Counted from the stretch's first letter, positions 20,201 through 29,132 are shown. The stretch is 64,000 nucleotides of DNA from Vulcanimicrobiota bacterium (GCA_963777315.1 CAVZQC010000002.1:448001-512000); one strand, 5' to 3'. Made by a program: numbers and translations. The notes: generated by a model not told the origin, from the sequence alone.

Positions 20201-20786
20201 ACTCGAGGCACGCCGAGCTTTCCTCAACGAACAGCTCGACGATCTCTCCAAAGCCCGTCAGACGCTCCTGCAGTCGATTCGCGAGATCGAAGAGCAGACC
20301 CAGGCGCGGTTCAACGAAACGTTCGAGCAAGTGTCGCGCGCGTTCAGCGACATGTACGCCAAGCTGTTCGCCGGCGGCCAAGCCAGAATGTGGCAGACCA
20401 ATCCCGAGAACCTCTCCGAAACCGGCATCGAAATTTCGGTGCAGCCGCCCGGGAAAAAATCCATGCCGCTGCCCGCGCTTTCAGGCGGCGAGCGGGCAAT
20501 GACGGCCGCAGCGCTCATCTTCGCGCTCATCAAAGTGCGGCCGTCCCCGTTTTATCTGCTCGACGAAGTCGACGCCGCGCTCGACGATGCGAACGTGGAG
20601 CGCTTCTCGAACATGGTGCGCGAAGTCGCCGGGGGTTCGCAGATGATCATCGTCACGCACAACAAGCAGACGATGGAATTGGCGGACCGGATGTACGGCG
20701 TTACGATGGGCGAGGCCGGCGTGAGTTCGGTCATTTCCGCCGAGCTGTCGCGCGCCGATCGCCCGCGGGAACCGGCGATTGCCTGA
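17217..20786 (+). CDS. smc: chromosome segregation protein SMC
   Basis: Walker A GPNGSGKSN, coiled coils, hinge GRATFLPL/GGAITGG, LSGGE, LLDEVDAALD. Confidence 0.97.
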   Translation: MHLKRIKTFGFKTFADPTTLEFGEGITAIVGPNGSGKSNLIDAFRWVLGEQSSKSLRSGKMEDVIFAGNEKRKPLGLSEVSITFDNADRTLPTDFSEVEITRRAYRAGEIEYYINRGQCRLRDILDLLVGTGLGPGSYSIVSQGQIDAILASKPVDRRALFEETAGINRFLARKNESMRRLEQTEQNAIRINDLIAELDRRIPELDTQVRRAKRYRKLAARVRDLEILSYVRAGASRRRERETLLAQLDRNEEARSAAAAKAASLSARLADTRTCAYRQELAAEELRTQSQAVRSELSAKEADYAGALARREALEAQNTQTSQDAQRVAREREELQRTIAELEARIEPLQSRLAQARESELQAQAALADARGRLESIFTQLREVESAASAVAARKAERRVQSENARAEAERLESETHAAIARAEQLQIDAGAAAQRFAQREAELARLEDQSLRTRAQMEERDRELARAQSELARATNEHREHFSQVAAAQSRLHTIEELENALEGHVPGTRAIVEAWQRAELHGIEGIVSNLIATDEQYARAMDVAFGARLSNIVTLTSEDAERAVNYLTNKELGRATFLPLDTLRDRAGKELSPELRGVPGVIGYAHTLVRTQAQYESIVRFLVGAVLIVDTLATGIVLARSRGLRDTIVTLSGEQITGGGAITGGRHQRERSILSRRAQARTLRERLEDMREQLKRFEAAVDAATAAAQQAARAKEDAVQSLGAAEITLTEVRAEMLAVNVEAERMQEELQTVRASGADLRERARQARRREQDLQGAAPEEMQSDDDRERLERELVQARDAIAHAERLQTQAAASAGDLRERSAALTAERDGALARLGIIDQDTERAGAARERMAAEIAGLAERTRDAQRELEALRERLQGADAAFAAARREREALTDETTQLESLARSAELEEREAQAGGERHRTRLAEIEAELGMLVAQFAQNPATDPECREVEERYRDQPQEVTGDLPRLREDLGRLSNVNLNAEADREELEARRAFLNEQLDDLSKARQTLLQSIREIEEQTQARFNETFEQVSRAFSDMYAKLFAGGQARMWQTNPENLSETGIEISVQPPGKKSMPLPALSGGERAMTAAALIFALIKVRPSPFYLLDEVDAALDDANVERFSNMVREVAGGSQMIIVTHNKQTMELADRMYGVTMGEAGVSSVISAELSRADRPREPAIA

Positions 20787-22341
20787 GGCGGCGCTTTTTT
20801 CGCTGACGGACAAGACCGGCGCGGAAGAGATAGCGCGCGCGCTCGCCCAGCGCGGCACGGCGATCTATGCCACCGGCGGCACGCGAGCGTTCTTGCAAGA
20901 GCACGGCGTTCCAACGCACGACGTGCAGGAGCTCACCGGATTTCCACCGCTGTTCGGCGGGCGAGTCAAAACGCTGCATCCCAAAGTCTTCGGAGCCATC
21001 CTTTACGATCGCAACGATCCCGCCCATCACGACCAAGCGGAAACTTACGTCATCGCCGATCTGCGCGTGCTCGTAGTCAACCTCTATCCGTTCGAGTCGA
21101 CGGTCGCAGCGCAGGGCGTTACGCCCGCTCAGGCGATGGAACAGATCGACGTGGGCGGCGTTGCGCTGCTTCGCGCGGGCGCGAAGAACTTCGAGCACGT
21201 GACGGTGCTCAGCCATCCCAGCCAGTACGCTGCGTTTCGCGCTGCTCTCCCCCAAGGAGGTTTGGACGTGCACGCGCGCCGGCGTCTTGCCGTGGCCGCA
21301 TTCGAGCGCACGGCAGAATATGATGCGGCGATCGCGCACTATTTGGCCGCCCGCGGCGAACTGCTGCCGAGCGAGCTTCCCGGCGCCCTGACGCTGACGA
21401 TGCCGCTGGCGCAGCCGCTGCGCTACGGCGAAAACCCGCAATTGCGGGCGGCATTCTATTTGCGCCGCGGACGGAATCTGCCCGAGCAATTGCACGGCAA
21501 GGCGCTTTCGTACAACAACCTGCTCGATCTGGATGCGACACTTCGTCTGCTCTCACGCGCGCCGCTGGGCGCGCAGATCGGCTCGCAGCCCGAGCGCTTC
21601 GTACGCGCCGCGATCGTCAAGCACACCGTTCCATGCGGCGTGGCGCAGCGTTCGAGTGTGGCCAAAGCGGTCTGCGATGCGCTCGAGGCGGATCCGATCT
21701 CGGCTTTCGGCGGCATCGTCGCGGTCGATGCGCCGATCGATGGGGAAACCGCGCGCGTGCTTTCGCCGTTTTTTTTGGAGATCGTCGCAGCGCCGGGTTT
21801 CGATGCCGATGCTCTGGAGGTACTGCAGGCAAAAAAAAACTTGCGGATCATGCGCTATCCCGCCGATTTGCCCGACCGCCTGCAGGGCGAGCTGCAGCTG
21901 CGCAGTGCGCTGGGCGGCGTGCTTGCCGAAGAAGAAGACCGGCGCTTTGCATCCGAATCGTGGCGCGTGGTCGGCAAACGCCTGCCGCTCGCGCAGGAGT
22001 GGCACGATCTGGCGTTCGCGTGGGACGTCGTTCGTCACGTCAAGAGCAACGGCGTCGTCATCGCCAAGGGCGGCGCGACTCGGGGAATCTGCGCGGGGCA
22101 AACCAACCGCGTGAGCGCCGTGAAGATCGCCGGCGCGCGTGCGGGCGAGCATGCCGCAGGCGCGGCCTGTGCCAGCGACGGCTTTTTCCCGTTTCCCGAC
22201 GGTCTGGAAGCGGCGGCGCAGGCCGGCTGCAGTGCAATCATCGCGCCCGAAGGTTCGGTGCGCGATCGGGAAGTGATCGCCGCGGCGGATCGCTGCAACG
22301 TTTCGCTGGTTTTTTCCACGCATCGATATTTTTTGCATTAG
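20779..22341 (+). CDS. purH: bifunctional AICAR transformylase/IMP cyclohydrolase
   Basis: GRVKTLHP, IDVGG, LRYGENP, SYNNLLD, SAFGGI, SDGFFPF, RYFLH. Confidence 0.96.
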   Translation: MPEAALFSLTDKTGAEEIARALAQRGTAIYATGGTRAFLQEHGVPTHDVQELTGFPPLFGGRVKTLHPKVFGAILYDRNDPAHHDQAETYVIADLRVLVVNLYPFESTVAAQGVTPAQAMEQIDVGGVALLRAGAKNFEHVTVLSHPSQYAAFRAALPQGGLDVHARRRLAVAAFERTAEYDAAIAHYLAARGELLPSELPGALTLTMPLAQPLRYGENPQLRAAFYLRRGRNLPEQLHGKALSYNNLLDLDATLRLLSRAPLGAQIGSQPERFVRAAIVKHTVPCGVAQRSSVAKAVCDALEADPISAFGGIVAVDAPIDGETARVLSPFFLEIVAAPGFDADALEVLQAKKNLRIMRYPADLPDRLQGELQLRSALGGVLAEEEDRRFASESWRVVGKRLPLAQEWHDLAFAWDVVRHVKSNGVVIAKGGATRGICAGQTNRVSAVKIAGARAGEHAAGAACASDGFFPFPDGLEAAAQAGCSAIIAPEGSVRDREVIAAADRCNVSLVFSTHRYFLH

Positions 22342-22370
22342 AATTTTTTGCACTAGAACGGAGGCAAGCG

Positions 22371-22763
22371 ATGCCGCGGTATCTTCACACTTCGATCTTC
22401 GTCGACGATATGCAGCAATCGATCGACTTTTACACCGGGAAGCTGGGCCTGCGCCTGCTCGATGGACCGTTCCACTATCCGGGCAACGCCGACATGGCGT
22501 TTGTCGGCGCGGACTGGAACGCCTACATCGAACTCGTCTACGATCTGGAAGCGCATCCGCCGTACGAAACGGGAAATCGCTACGAGCATTTAGCGATTGA
22601 AGTGGAGGGCGACCTGGCAGCCTATGTCGCGCGACTAAAAGCTGCGGGCGTCAAAGTCCTGCAGGACGTCAAACGCTCGCCGGGTGGTACTCGCGCCATT
22701 GCGTTCGTCCAAGATCCCAACGGCATTCCCGTCGAACTGCTCGAACCGCGGTCGGAACACTAG
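22371..22763 (+). CDS. VOC/glyoxalase family protein
   Basis: YLHTSIFV..SIDFY..LG, EHLAIEV, FVQDPNGIPVEL. GGAGG RBS upstream. Confidence 0.9.
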   Translation: MPRYLHTSIFVDDMQQSIDFYTGKLGLRLLDGPFHYPGNADMAFVGADWNAYIELVYDLEAHPPYETGNRYEHLAIEVEGDLAAYVARLKAAGVKVLQDVKRSPGGTRAIAFVQDPNGIPVELLEPRSEH

Positions 22764-23833
22764 CGGTAAACGAACGGATCGGCGGGCGGCGCGATGCGCT
22801 CGATCCGCCGCACGTGCAGACGTAAGCCGTCCGGCGCCTGCACGAGAACGCCTTGCGCGCGAATCCATCCGCGCAGCCACGGTGCGCTGCGTTCCAGGCG
22901 CACGACCACGGGCGCAGCGTCCGCACGACAGCAGGTGATTGCAAAGCGCACCAGCGTAGTGGCGCTGCCGGTTTGGGTAGCCAGTCCGGTAAAGTCCATC
23001 GGCTCGCCGGCGAAGGCCTGGTCGAGTGAGGTTTCCGTCGCGTGATATTGGGGCGGCGGCGCGCACAGTATAACGCCGGCCAGCATGATCGCGGGCGCGA
23101 TGCGCAATCGGATCGATCGGCGGTCGCGATACTTGCACGCAAAGGACGCACATGCAATCGCGCAGGGCCATAGAGCTGCGGCAATGGCCGGATGCACCAG
23201 CCCTGCGCCGCCGCGCGCAGCGGCCAGAGCGCAGGCCAAGGCCGCGATCATGTATCCCAGCGCATCGTGCAGACCGGCGCCGTCGTTTGCAGAGCGCGTC
23301 CAGACTCGAAGATCCGCGATGCCGGCAACGCACAAAAAGCCCGCCGCCGTTGCCGGGAGCGTGCCGCGCATTGCGGCAGCCAATCCTATCGTTCCTAAAC
23401 CACACGGCGCGAGAAAGAATCCAGCAACGGCGCCTGCGGCAAACGCCGTGCCGGATGACGTCCGTGCGGCAAGCAGCACGCTTGCGAGTAGCGCAGCGAC
23501 GCCGCCGATGCACGCCGGAACGGTCAGCGCCGACAATTGCGAGAGGACCGATGTTTCCCGGTGCTCGCAGAGCCGCGTTCGCGCAGCAATCCGCTCGACG
23601 ATGAGTGCTGCGGCAAACCTTGCGCCTGCGATAAACGGTCCGAAGATCAGCACCGTCGCCGCGGCGGCCGGAAGTGAACGCGCAGACGGTCCCGCCCCAC
23701 ACCCGCATCCCAGGTACGGGACCATCCACGGGCTCTGCCGTAGCGGCATGCGTGCGAGCACCGCTGCGGCAACAACGAACGGCGCACTTTCGAGCAGCGT
23801 CGCTGCCGACGTAACCAGCCACGCCGTGACCAC
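22760..23833 (-). CDS. putative permease (DUF318/YcgR-like) fused to a DUF1980/YcgQ-like C-terminal domain
   Basis: N-terminal LLESAPF and GCGC in a multi-TM region; C-terminal LVRFAITCCRADA...WIRAQG...PADPFVY. Start approximate. Confidence 0.7.
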   Translation of the reverse strand: MVTAWLVTSAATLLESAPFVVAAAVLARMPLRQSPWMVPYLGCGCGAGPSARSLPAAAATVLIFGPFIAGARFAAALIVERIAARTRLCEHRETSVLSQLSALTVPACIGGVAALLASVLLAARTSSGTAFAAGAVAGFFLAPCGLGTIGLAAAMRGTLPATAAGFLCVAGIADLRVWTRSANDGAGLHDALGYMIAALACALAAARGGAGLVHPAIAAALWPCAIACASFACKYRDRRSIRLRIAPAIMLAGVILCAPPPQYHATETSLDQAFAGEPMDFTGLATQTGSATTLVRFAITCCRADAAPVVVRLERSAPWLRGWIRAQGVLVQAPDGLRLHVRRIERIAPPADPFVYR

Positions 23834-23892
23834 GCCGCATCCATCACACGCAATGTCCCGTTTCACTAGGGCGTAGGCGTTTGTGTATGCTG

Positions 23893-23921
23893 TGAAACAA
23901 AAGTTGTAGGTCGGCCGTATA
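23893..23921 (+). promoter_or_regulatory. candidate ECF-sigma promoter
   Basis: TGAAAC-N17-CGTATA, close to the Bacillus SigW-type consensus TGAAAC-N16-CGTA. Confidence 0.4.
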
Positions 23922-23987
23922 AGGCGGTGTAGAGTAACCGATGGAACGCGAAAGCGCTCCACAACCAACGATAAAGGATTTATTACC

Positions 23988-24155
23988 GTGAAACCCGCTG
24001 CGAAGCCGCAAGCGAAAACTGAAAAACCTGAGCAAGCCCCGCGTCCGACGATCGCGCTGCAGAACGTCATCGTCACCGCGCCGGATACTGCCGCATTCAG
24101 CGGATGGGGTCCGAAGGTCGCCGGCGCCGGGAGCATCGTCAAAAACTGGAATTGA
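23988..24155 (+). CDS. small hypothetical protein, 55 aa (not in ORF track)
   Basis: GTG start with AAAGGA 9 nt upstream. Translates as MKPAAKPQAKTEKPEQAPRPTIALQNVIVTAPDTAAFSGWGPKVAGAGSIVKNWN with GC3-rich codons. Confidence 0.65.
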   Translation: MKPAAKPQAKTEKPEQAPRPTIALQNVIVTAPDTAAFSGWGPKVAGAGSIVKNWN

Positions 24156-24168
24156 GCGAGATTTAAGG

Positions 24169-24306
24169 TTTCATCCGTATGATTCGACCTGCGGATGGAA
24201 AATGGGCACAGTCGTCCTCCACCGACGTGCCCATTCGACACCCTACCTCGTAGAGTGCAGCAAGACGGGTTGGCGATGACTCCACCATCGCCAACCCAAT
24301 TTTTTT
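24169..24306 (+). ncRNA. candidate structured RNA/3'UTR: four hairpins with C-rich loops, ending in an intrinsic terminator
   Basis: Stems at 24169-24200, 24201-24235 (loop TCCTCCAC), 24239-24257 (loop CTC) and 24267-24297 (12-bp perfect stem, loop ACTCCAC), followed by a T-run. Confidence 0.5.
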
Positions 24307-25281
24307 CAGCTCACGTACGGTTCGTACGGCAGAACCGGCTCGAGGATGCGATTGACTTCATCGAAAACCGCAGAATCGAGACTCAGATCGCCGGCGCTCA
24401 CGTTATCCTCAACATGTTCGACTTTCGTCGCACCGACGATGACGCTCGTGACGGCCGGCTGGCGCAAACACCACGCCAGTGCGAGTTGAGCGAGCGAACA
24501 GCCGGACTGCTCCGCCAATGGTTTGAGTTGCCCGACGGCATCGAGCACCGGCTGAGTGAAGTAATCTTCCATCATGTCCGCTCCGCTGCCGGCTGCGCGC
24601 GTTCCGGCCGGTGGGCGTTTGACGTCCGTGTATTTGCCGGTAAGGATGCCCATGGCGAGCGGCGACCAGACGACGTTGCCCAAGCCGTATGCCGCGCACG
24701 TTGGAAGCACGCGCTGCTCGATGCGCCGCCAAAGCGCGCTGTACTGCGGCTGATTGCTCACCGGCACTGCCCATCCGCGCGCACGGCATAGCGTGACCGC
24801 GCCGGCGATTTGATCCGCGTTCCACTCCGAAACGCCCCAGTAGAGAATCTTGCCTGCCCGCACGAAGTCGTTCATGATCTCGCAGATCTCTTCCAGCGGC
24901 GTTTGCGTGTCGTAACGGTGACATTGATACAGATCGACGTACTCTACCCGAAGCCGGCGCAGCGAATGATGGAGCTGGTCGCGAACGTGCTTGCGCGATA
25001 GGCCGCGTTCGGTAACGGAATCGCCCATCGGAAAATAGACCTTCGTTGCCAGAACGAGCGCATCGCGGTTCAAGTCTTTGAGAATCGGGCCCAACACCTC
25101 TTCGGCCGCGCCGCGGGCGTAGACATTCGCGGTGTCGATGAAGTTCACGCCGCGTTCCCACGCGCGCATCACGCAATCGCGGGCAGTCTGCGCGCCGACG
25201 TTGCCGCCGTAAGTCAGCCAAGATCCCAAACCCACTACGGAGAGCTCGAAGGCCGGAGTGTCCCAGACTGCGGTACTGCAC
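24306..25281 (-). CDS. aldo/keto reductase (apparent +1 frameshift near 25249)
   Basis: MQYRSLGHSGL is in one frame and LSVVGLGSW...FIDTANVY...LATK...DLYQCH...WSPL in another. Removing one base restores the gene. Confidence 0.9.
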
Positions 25282-25291
25282 GAAAAACCCC

Positions 25292-26131
25292 CTAAGGTAC
25301 GACGATATTTACGGCCTGCGGAAGCACGCGGAACGTTGCCGGCGTCATGCCGGCGGGTTCGCCGTCGCCTGCGATGTGGTGCGCGCGGCGAGTGCGAATT
25401 GTGAACGAGGTTGCACGCCGCGTGCGCAAGCCCTTTCCCGTGGTCGGATCGCGCCGAGCGATCCGGCTTATCAGGGCGATCCCTTGCAGCCAGTTCTGCA
25501 CCTCGATGCTGTACAGGTCGAGCAATCCGTCGTCGATTGCGGCGTCCCGGCGTTCGAAGATGCCGCCGAAGCGCGCGTTGTTGGCAACGGTAAGCTGCAC
25601 GCTGTGAAAGATTTCCGTCGTTCCGCCGTACTGCAGCTCCACTCTGAACGGCCGCGCTTGCGCCAACGATTGCAAGGTCGTTGAAATGACTCCGAGCGCG
25701 CCGAAGCGGCGCTTGACCGAAGTCGTTTGCCGCCGGGCGACCCGCGTGGAGAGCCCAACGCTGGCTTCATTGACGAAATAGACGCCGTTTACGGTGCCCA
25801 CGTCGATGCATCGCGTTCGTCCGGCTGCAATGGCGGCGCATGCATCGCCGACGTTCGCGGGCACGCCGAGCGTCTTGGCAAGATCGTTGAACGTACCCAG
25901 CGGCACGATCCCCAGCGGTACTTTGCGCGCTATCGCTAACGGTATCGTGCGCACGACCGTTCCGTCACCGCCTGCGGCAACGACTACGTCGAAATCTGGG
26001 CCTTCAAGGCTGCCTCGGCTATCGATTCCGGCAAACGCGAGCGTGCGGCGCACCAGATCCGCGTCCCGAGCGCCGTATCGCGATTTTTCATTGACGATCA
26101 GAAGGGCCCGCACTTCCGGCTCTTTGCCCAT
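25292..26131 (-). CDS. diacylglycerol/lipid kinase (YegS/Rv2252/BmrU family)
   Basis: AGGDGT, PLGTFNDLA, IDVG, DDGLLD, DGE. Confidence 0.9.
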   Translation of the reverse strand: MGKEPEVRALLIVNEKSRYGARDADLVRRTLAFAGIDSRGSLEGPDFDVVVAAGGDGTVVRTIPLAIARKVPLGIVPLGTFNDLAKTLGVPANVGDACAAIAAGRTRCIDVGTVNGVYFVNEASVGLSTRVARRQTTSVKRRFGALGVISTTLQSLAQARPFRVELQYGGTTEIFHSVQLTVANNARFGGIFERRDAAIDDGLLDLYSIEVQNWLQGIALISRIARRDPTTGKGLRTRRATSFTIRTRRAHHIAGDGEPAGMTPATFRVLPQAVNIVVP

Positions 26132-26152
26132 CCAATGCCGCCGTCAAGACGG

Positions 26153-26929
26153 CTAGCCGAAAGCTGCTTCGCGCTCGAGATTCGGGAGAATGCTCATGCC
26201 GTTGAGCCGAATGTAGCCCAGCGTTTCGTAGAGATCGGATTGACGATCGAAATGGTCGAGCAGCTGCGCGATGCGGGGATGCATCGCGCGGTGCGCCAGC
26301 ACGTAACCGCAGGTCCACAGGTCGTAAGCGCCGCGCAAAACGCTTTCGTTTTGCGGCCCTACGCCGTCTATCGACAGCAGAGTGACGTCTAAGCCGCGAG
26401 CCGCGGGCAGCGCGACGTAAGCAATCGCACCGGGTACGCGCTGCACGGCCAGTGCCGCCGACCGGTTGCAGCCGGCGGTTTTCGCCCTCGCGACGGACTG
26501 GTTGCAAAGCACCTTTTGCTCGACGATGCTGCGCACTCCCGAAGAAGTGTCGCGGTTCACCAGCACGATGGGGAGATCGGAGCCTCCCAGTTGCGACCAG
26601 TTGCTCGCGCGGCCCAGCAGCACGCGACCCAATTGCGCTCGCGTGAGTGCCCTCACGCCGGATTGCGGATGGGCGATGAACGCAATCGAAAAAGCGGCAA
26701 TCGGGTACGAGATCGCATCGCGAGCCGAATCGTCGAACTGCACGTCGGTGAACGCAGCGTCGATCGATCCGTTGAGCACGTCGGCCACGCCGTGCCACGA
26801 ACCTTCACCGCGCACGGATATTTCCAACCCTTCAGGGCGGTCGACCAATTCGGCCAGTCCGCGTACCGCCAGGGGCGCCATAGCCGTGGAACCGCCGAGC
26901 GTTATGCGGCTGTGTTTGATCGAAAGCAT
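26153..26929 (-). CDS. PstS-like phosphate-binding (PBP) domain protein
   Basis: GGSTAMAP, GEGSWHG, SNWSQLGG, VNRDTSSGVR, PGAIAYV, Y.LW. Start uncertain (26929 or 27070); no signal peptide visible. Confidence 0.75.
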   Translation of the reverse strand: MLSIKHSRITLGGSTAMAPLAVRGLAELVDRPEGLEISVRGEGSWHGVADVLNGSIDAAFTDVQFDDSARDAISYPIAAFSIAFIAHPQSGVRALTRAQLGRVLLGRASNWSQLGGSDLPIVLVNRDTSSGVRSIVEQKVLCNQSVARAKTAGCNRSAALAVQRVPGAIAYVALPAARGLDVTLLSIDGVGPQNESVLRGAYDLWTCGYVLAHRAMHPRIAQLLDHFDRQSDLYETLGYIRLNGMSILPNLEREAAFG

Positions 26930-27041
26930 GCCCTGACTATCACGCACGATGGTCAAGAAATGGTCGGCGCTGCACGTCGCCGGCTTGATGCTTTCTTGAC
27001 GATGCCCTGCGAGAATGAGCCGGTGCCGCATAGCGAGCGGC

Positions 27042-27386
27042 ATGAAAGAGGATACCGACGTGCTGTGCATCTCGCCCTTTGCGCATCAGATCGTTCGCCT
27101 GTCCGGCGATCTGGATTTTGCGTCTCGAGCAGCGACCGAGCGCTCCCTGCGCGATGCGGACGCCGACGTCGTCGTGCTTGATCTGACCGACGTGCGCTAT
27201 TTGGACGCGGGCGCCTTAGGCTGTTTCGTCGGGTTGAAAAAGCGTCTGCGCGAACGCGGACGCTTGGGAATCGTGCGCGTCGTCGCCCCGGATCTCAAAT
27301 TGCGCCGCCTGTTTGCGATCACCGGCCTCGCGCGAGTGTTCGACGTGTGCGAATCGCTGGACAAGCTCTCTTCGGCTGCATCGTAA
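27042..27386 (+). CDS. STAS-domain anti-sigma factor antagonist
   Basis: LSGDLDF, VVLDLTDVRYLDAGALG, LFAITGL..VF. Confidence 0.85.
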   Translation: MKEDTDVLCISPFAHQIVRLSGDLDFASRAATERSLRDADADVVVLDLTDVRYLDAGALGCFVGLKKRLRERGRLGIVRVVAPDLKLRRLFAITGLARVFDVCESLDKLSSAAS

Positions 27387-27390
27387 GCAC

Positions 27391-27573
27391 ATGTTCGGAG
27401 CGACAGGGCATCCTTACCACATTCAGGCATTTGCATTTTTCGCATCGTTGATTCCGTTCGTCGCTTTATTCGCGGTCATGATTGCCTCTACGCATTTTGG
27501 GCGTCGCGGCGCCGCGCGGCAGTCTGCGATCGAAAGGCCGTGTGACGATCTAAAGCAACGGCGCCCCGCGTGA
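27391..27573 (+). CDS. small membrane hypothetical protein
   Basis: ATG 4 nt after the STAS stop; one hydrophobic helix. Confidence 0.4.
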   Translation: MFGATGHPYHIQAFAFFASLIPFVALFAVMIASTHFGRRGAARQSAIERPCDDLKQRRPA

Positions 27574-27590
27574 GCGAATAACGCTCGCGA

Positions 27591-28760
27591 ATGGAAGGAC
27601 TGCAACTGGGCGTCGCGACGGTGGTGGGTCTGCTGGCCGTTGCCATGGTCGTGGGAATACTTGCAGAGCGCTTGCGCATACCGTACAGCGTCGCGCTGCT
27701 GCTCGCATCGGTTCCCTTTCAGATCCGTGCCGCCCAAACGCACTTTGCGCCCTCCCTGCTGTTCGTGTTTTTGCCGGCTCTGGTCTTCGAGGCGGCTTGG
27801 AACGTCGACCGTTCCGCCTTGCTGCGGCATTGGTTCGCAGTTGCCGTGCTGGCGCTTCCGGGCGTCATCATCACGGCGCTTTTTACCGGCGCGGGCCTGT
27901 ATGCGGCCGGACTGCTTCCGCTGCATCCCGCATTGCTGCTGGGCGCCATACTTGCCGCTACGGATCCAATTGCCGTGATACCCGTATTGCGCCGTGCGTC
28001 CGTGCCGGCCAATCTTGCAGCGGTCATCGAAGGCGAATCGCTCTTCAACGACGGGGTCGCGATCGTCTTGTACGGCGTGTTTGTGGCGATGATGGTAGCG
28101 CGTTCCAGCCTTGCGCCGTTGCCCATTGCAGCGCACGCGCTGACCGTTTCGATCGCCGGCGCGGGAATCGGCGTTGCATGCGCGCTGCTGGCAGCTGCGG
28201 CACTGCTCGGGACGCGCAACGTATTGCTGAAAATCGTCGCCACCATAGTAGCGGGCTACGGCGCTTACCTCATCGCGGACCGGCTCAATTTTTCCGGCAT
28301 CTTCGCGGCGGTCGCGGCCGGCATTGCCTTGCAGCGATTCGAGCGCGATCCCGCTACGGGAGAAAACGACGACGCGGTCACGTTTTTTTGGGGAGCGCTC
28401 GCCTTCGTCGCGAACTCGCTGGTGTTTTTGCTGATGGGGCTGCGCATAGAGCTCGCGCGCCTAGCGCACAGCGCTCTTCTCATCGTGCTGACCCTTGCCC
28501 TTATTGCGGCGGCTCGGGTGTTTCTGTCGTACGTGGTGCTTCCGCTGGCCGGCGCGGTAAAACGACGGGCCTGGCAGCACGCAATTGCGTTATCGGGAAT
28601 GCGAGGCGCGCTCTCCGTCGCGCTCGTACTGGCGCTCCCGCCGAGCCTGGCTCACCGCAGCGACTTGGTCGAAGCGGTCTACGGGACGGTCCTCATCAGT
28701 CTGGTGGTACAGGGCTTGGCCGTTGGGCCGGTCCTTCGCCGGTTGGCGCTGCAGAAGTGA
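27591..28760 (+). CDS. CPA1-family cation/H+ antiporter
   Basis: FLPALVFEAA, ATDPIAV, EGESLFNDG, GMRGALS. Confidence 0.92.
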   Translation: MEGLQLGVATVVGLLAVAMVVGILAERLRIPYSVALLLASVPFQIRAAQTHFAPSLLFVFLPALVFEAAWNVDRSALLRHWFAVAVLALPGVIITALFTGAGLYAAGLLPLHPALLLGAILAATDPIAVIPVLRRASVPANLAAVIEGESLFNDGVAIVLYGVFVAMMVARSSLAPLPIAAHALTVSIAGAGIGVACALLAAAALLGTRNVLLKIVATIVAGYGAYLIADRLNFSGIFAAVAAGIALQRFERDPATGENDDAVTFFWGALAFVANSLVFLLMGLRIELARLAHSALLIVLTLALIAAARVFLSYVVLPLAGAVKRRAWQHAIALSGMRGALSVALVLALPPSLAHRSDLVEAVYGTVLISLVVQGLAVGPVLRRLALQK

Positions 28761-28781
28761 ACCGCGCCATGCGGCGCGTGA

Positions 28782-29132
28782 CTACGCGGGCGTCCCGCTG
28801 TCTTGCTTCGATGACGCCGCGGGCTTGTGCTCGAGCGCTTCATCGAGCGTTTCAAAAACCGTAAAGCGCTCCTCCAACCCGGCAATCTCCAGCAAATGCC
28901 GCTGAAACGGGTCGGGCACGACCAGCAGGGGTTCGGCCAGCCCGCGAGTGCTTCGCAGGTTGGCCAACCGGACCAGCGCACCCAAAAAAGATGCGTCGAA
29001 ATAGCGCACGGCTTCCAGGTTGACGATGGCGCACTCTGCTTCGTCCGCGGCAGCGAGTTCCGCGGCGGCCTGCTTTGCCTTGTAAACGTCAAACTCGCCG
29101 TCGAGGTTAACGACGGACGGCGGAATGTCCAT
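28782..29132 (-). CDS. STAS-domain protein
   Basis: LDGEFDVY, VNLEAVRYFDASFLG, LLEIAGL..F. Confidence 0.85.
   Translation of the reverse strand: MDIPPSVVNLDGEFDVYKAKQAAAELAAADEAECAIVNLEAVRYFDASFLGALVRLANLRSTRGLAEPLLVVPDPFQRHLLEIAGLEERFTVFETLDEALEHKPAASSKQDSGTPA

Noticed and set aside
23903..23966. Known riboswitch in the leader of the small ORF
   Set aside because: A GAAA-capped hairpin is present, but I could not match any riboswitch consensus, and part of the region is better explained as a promoter.
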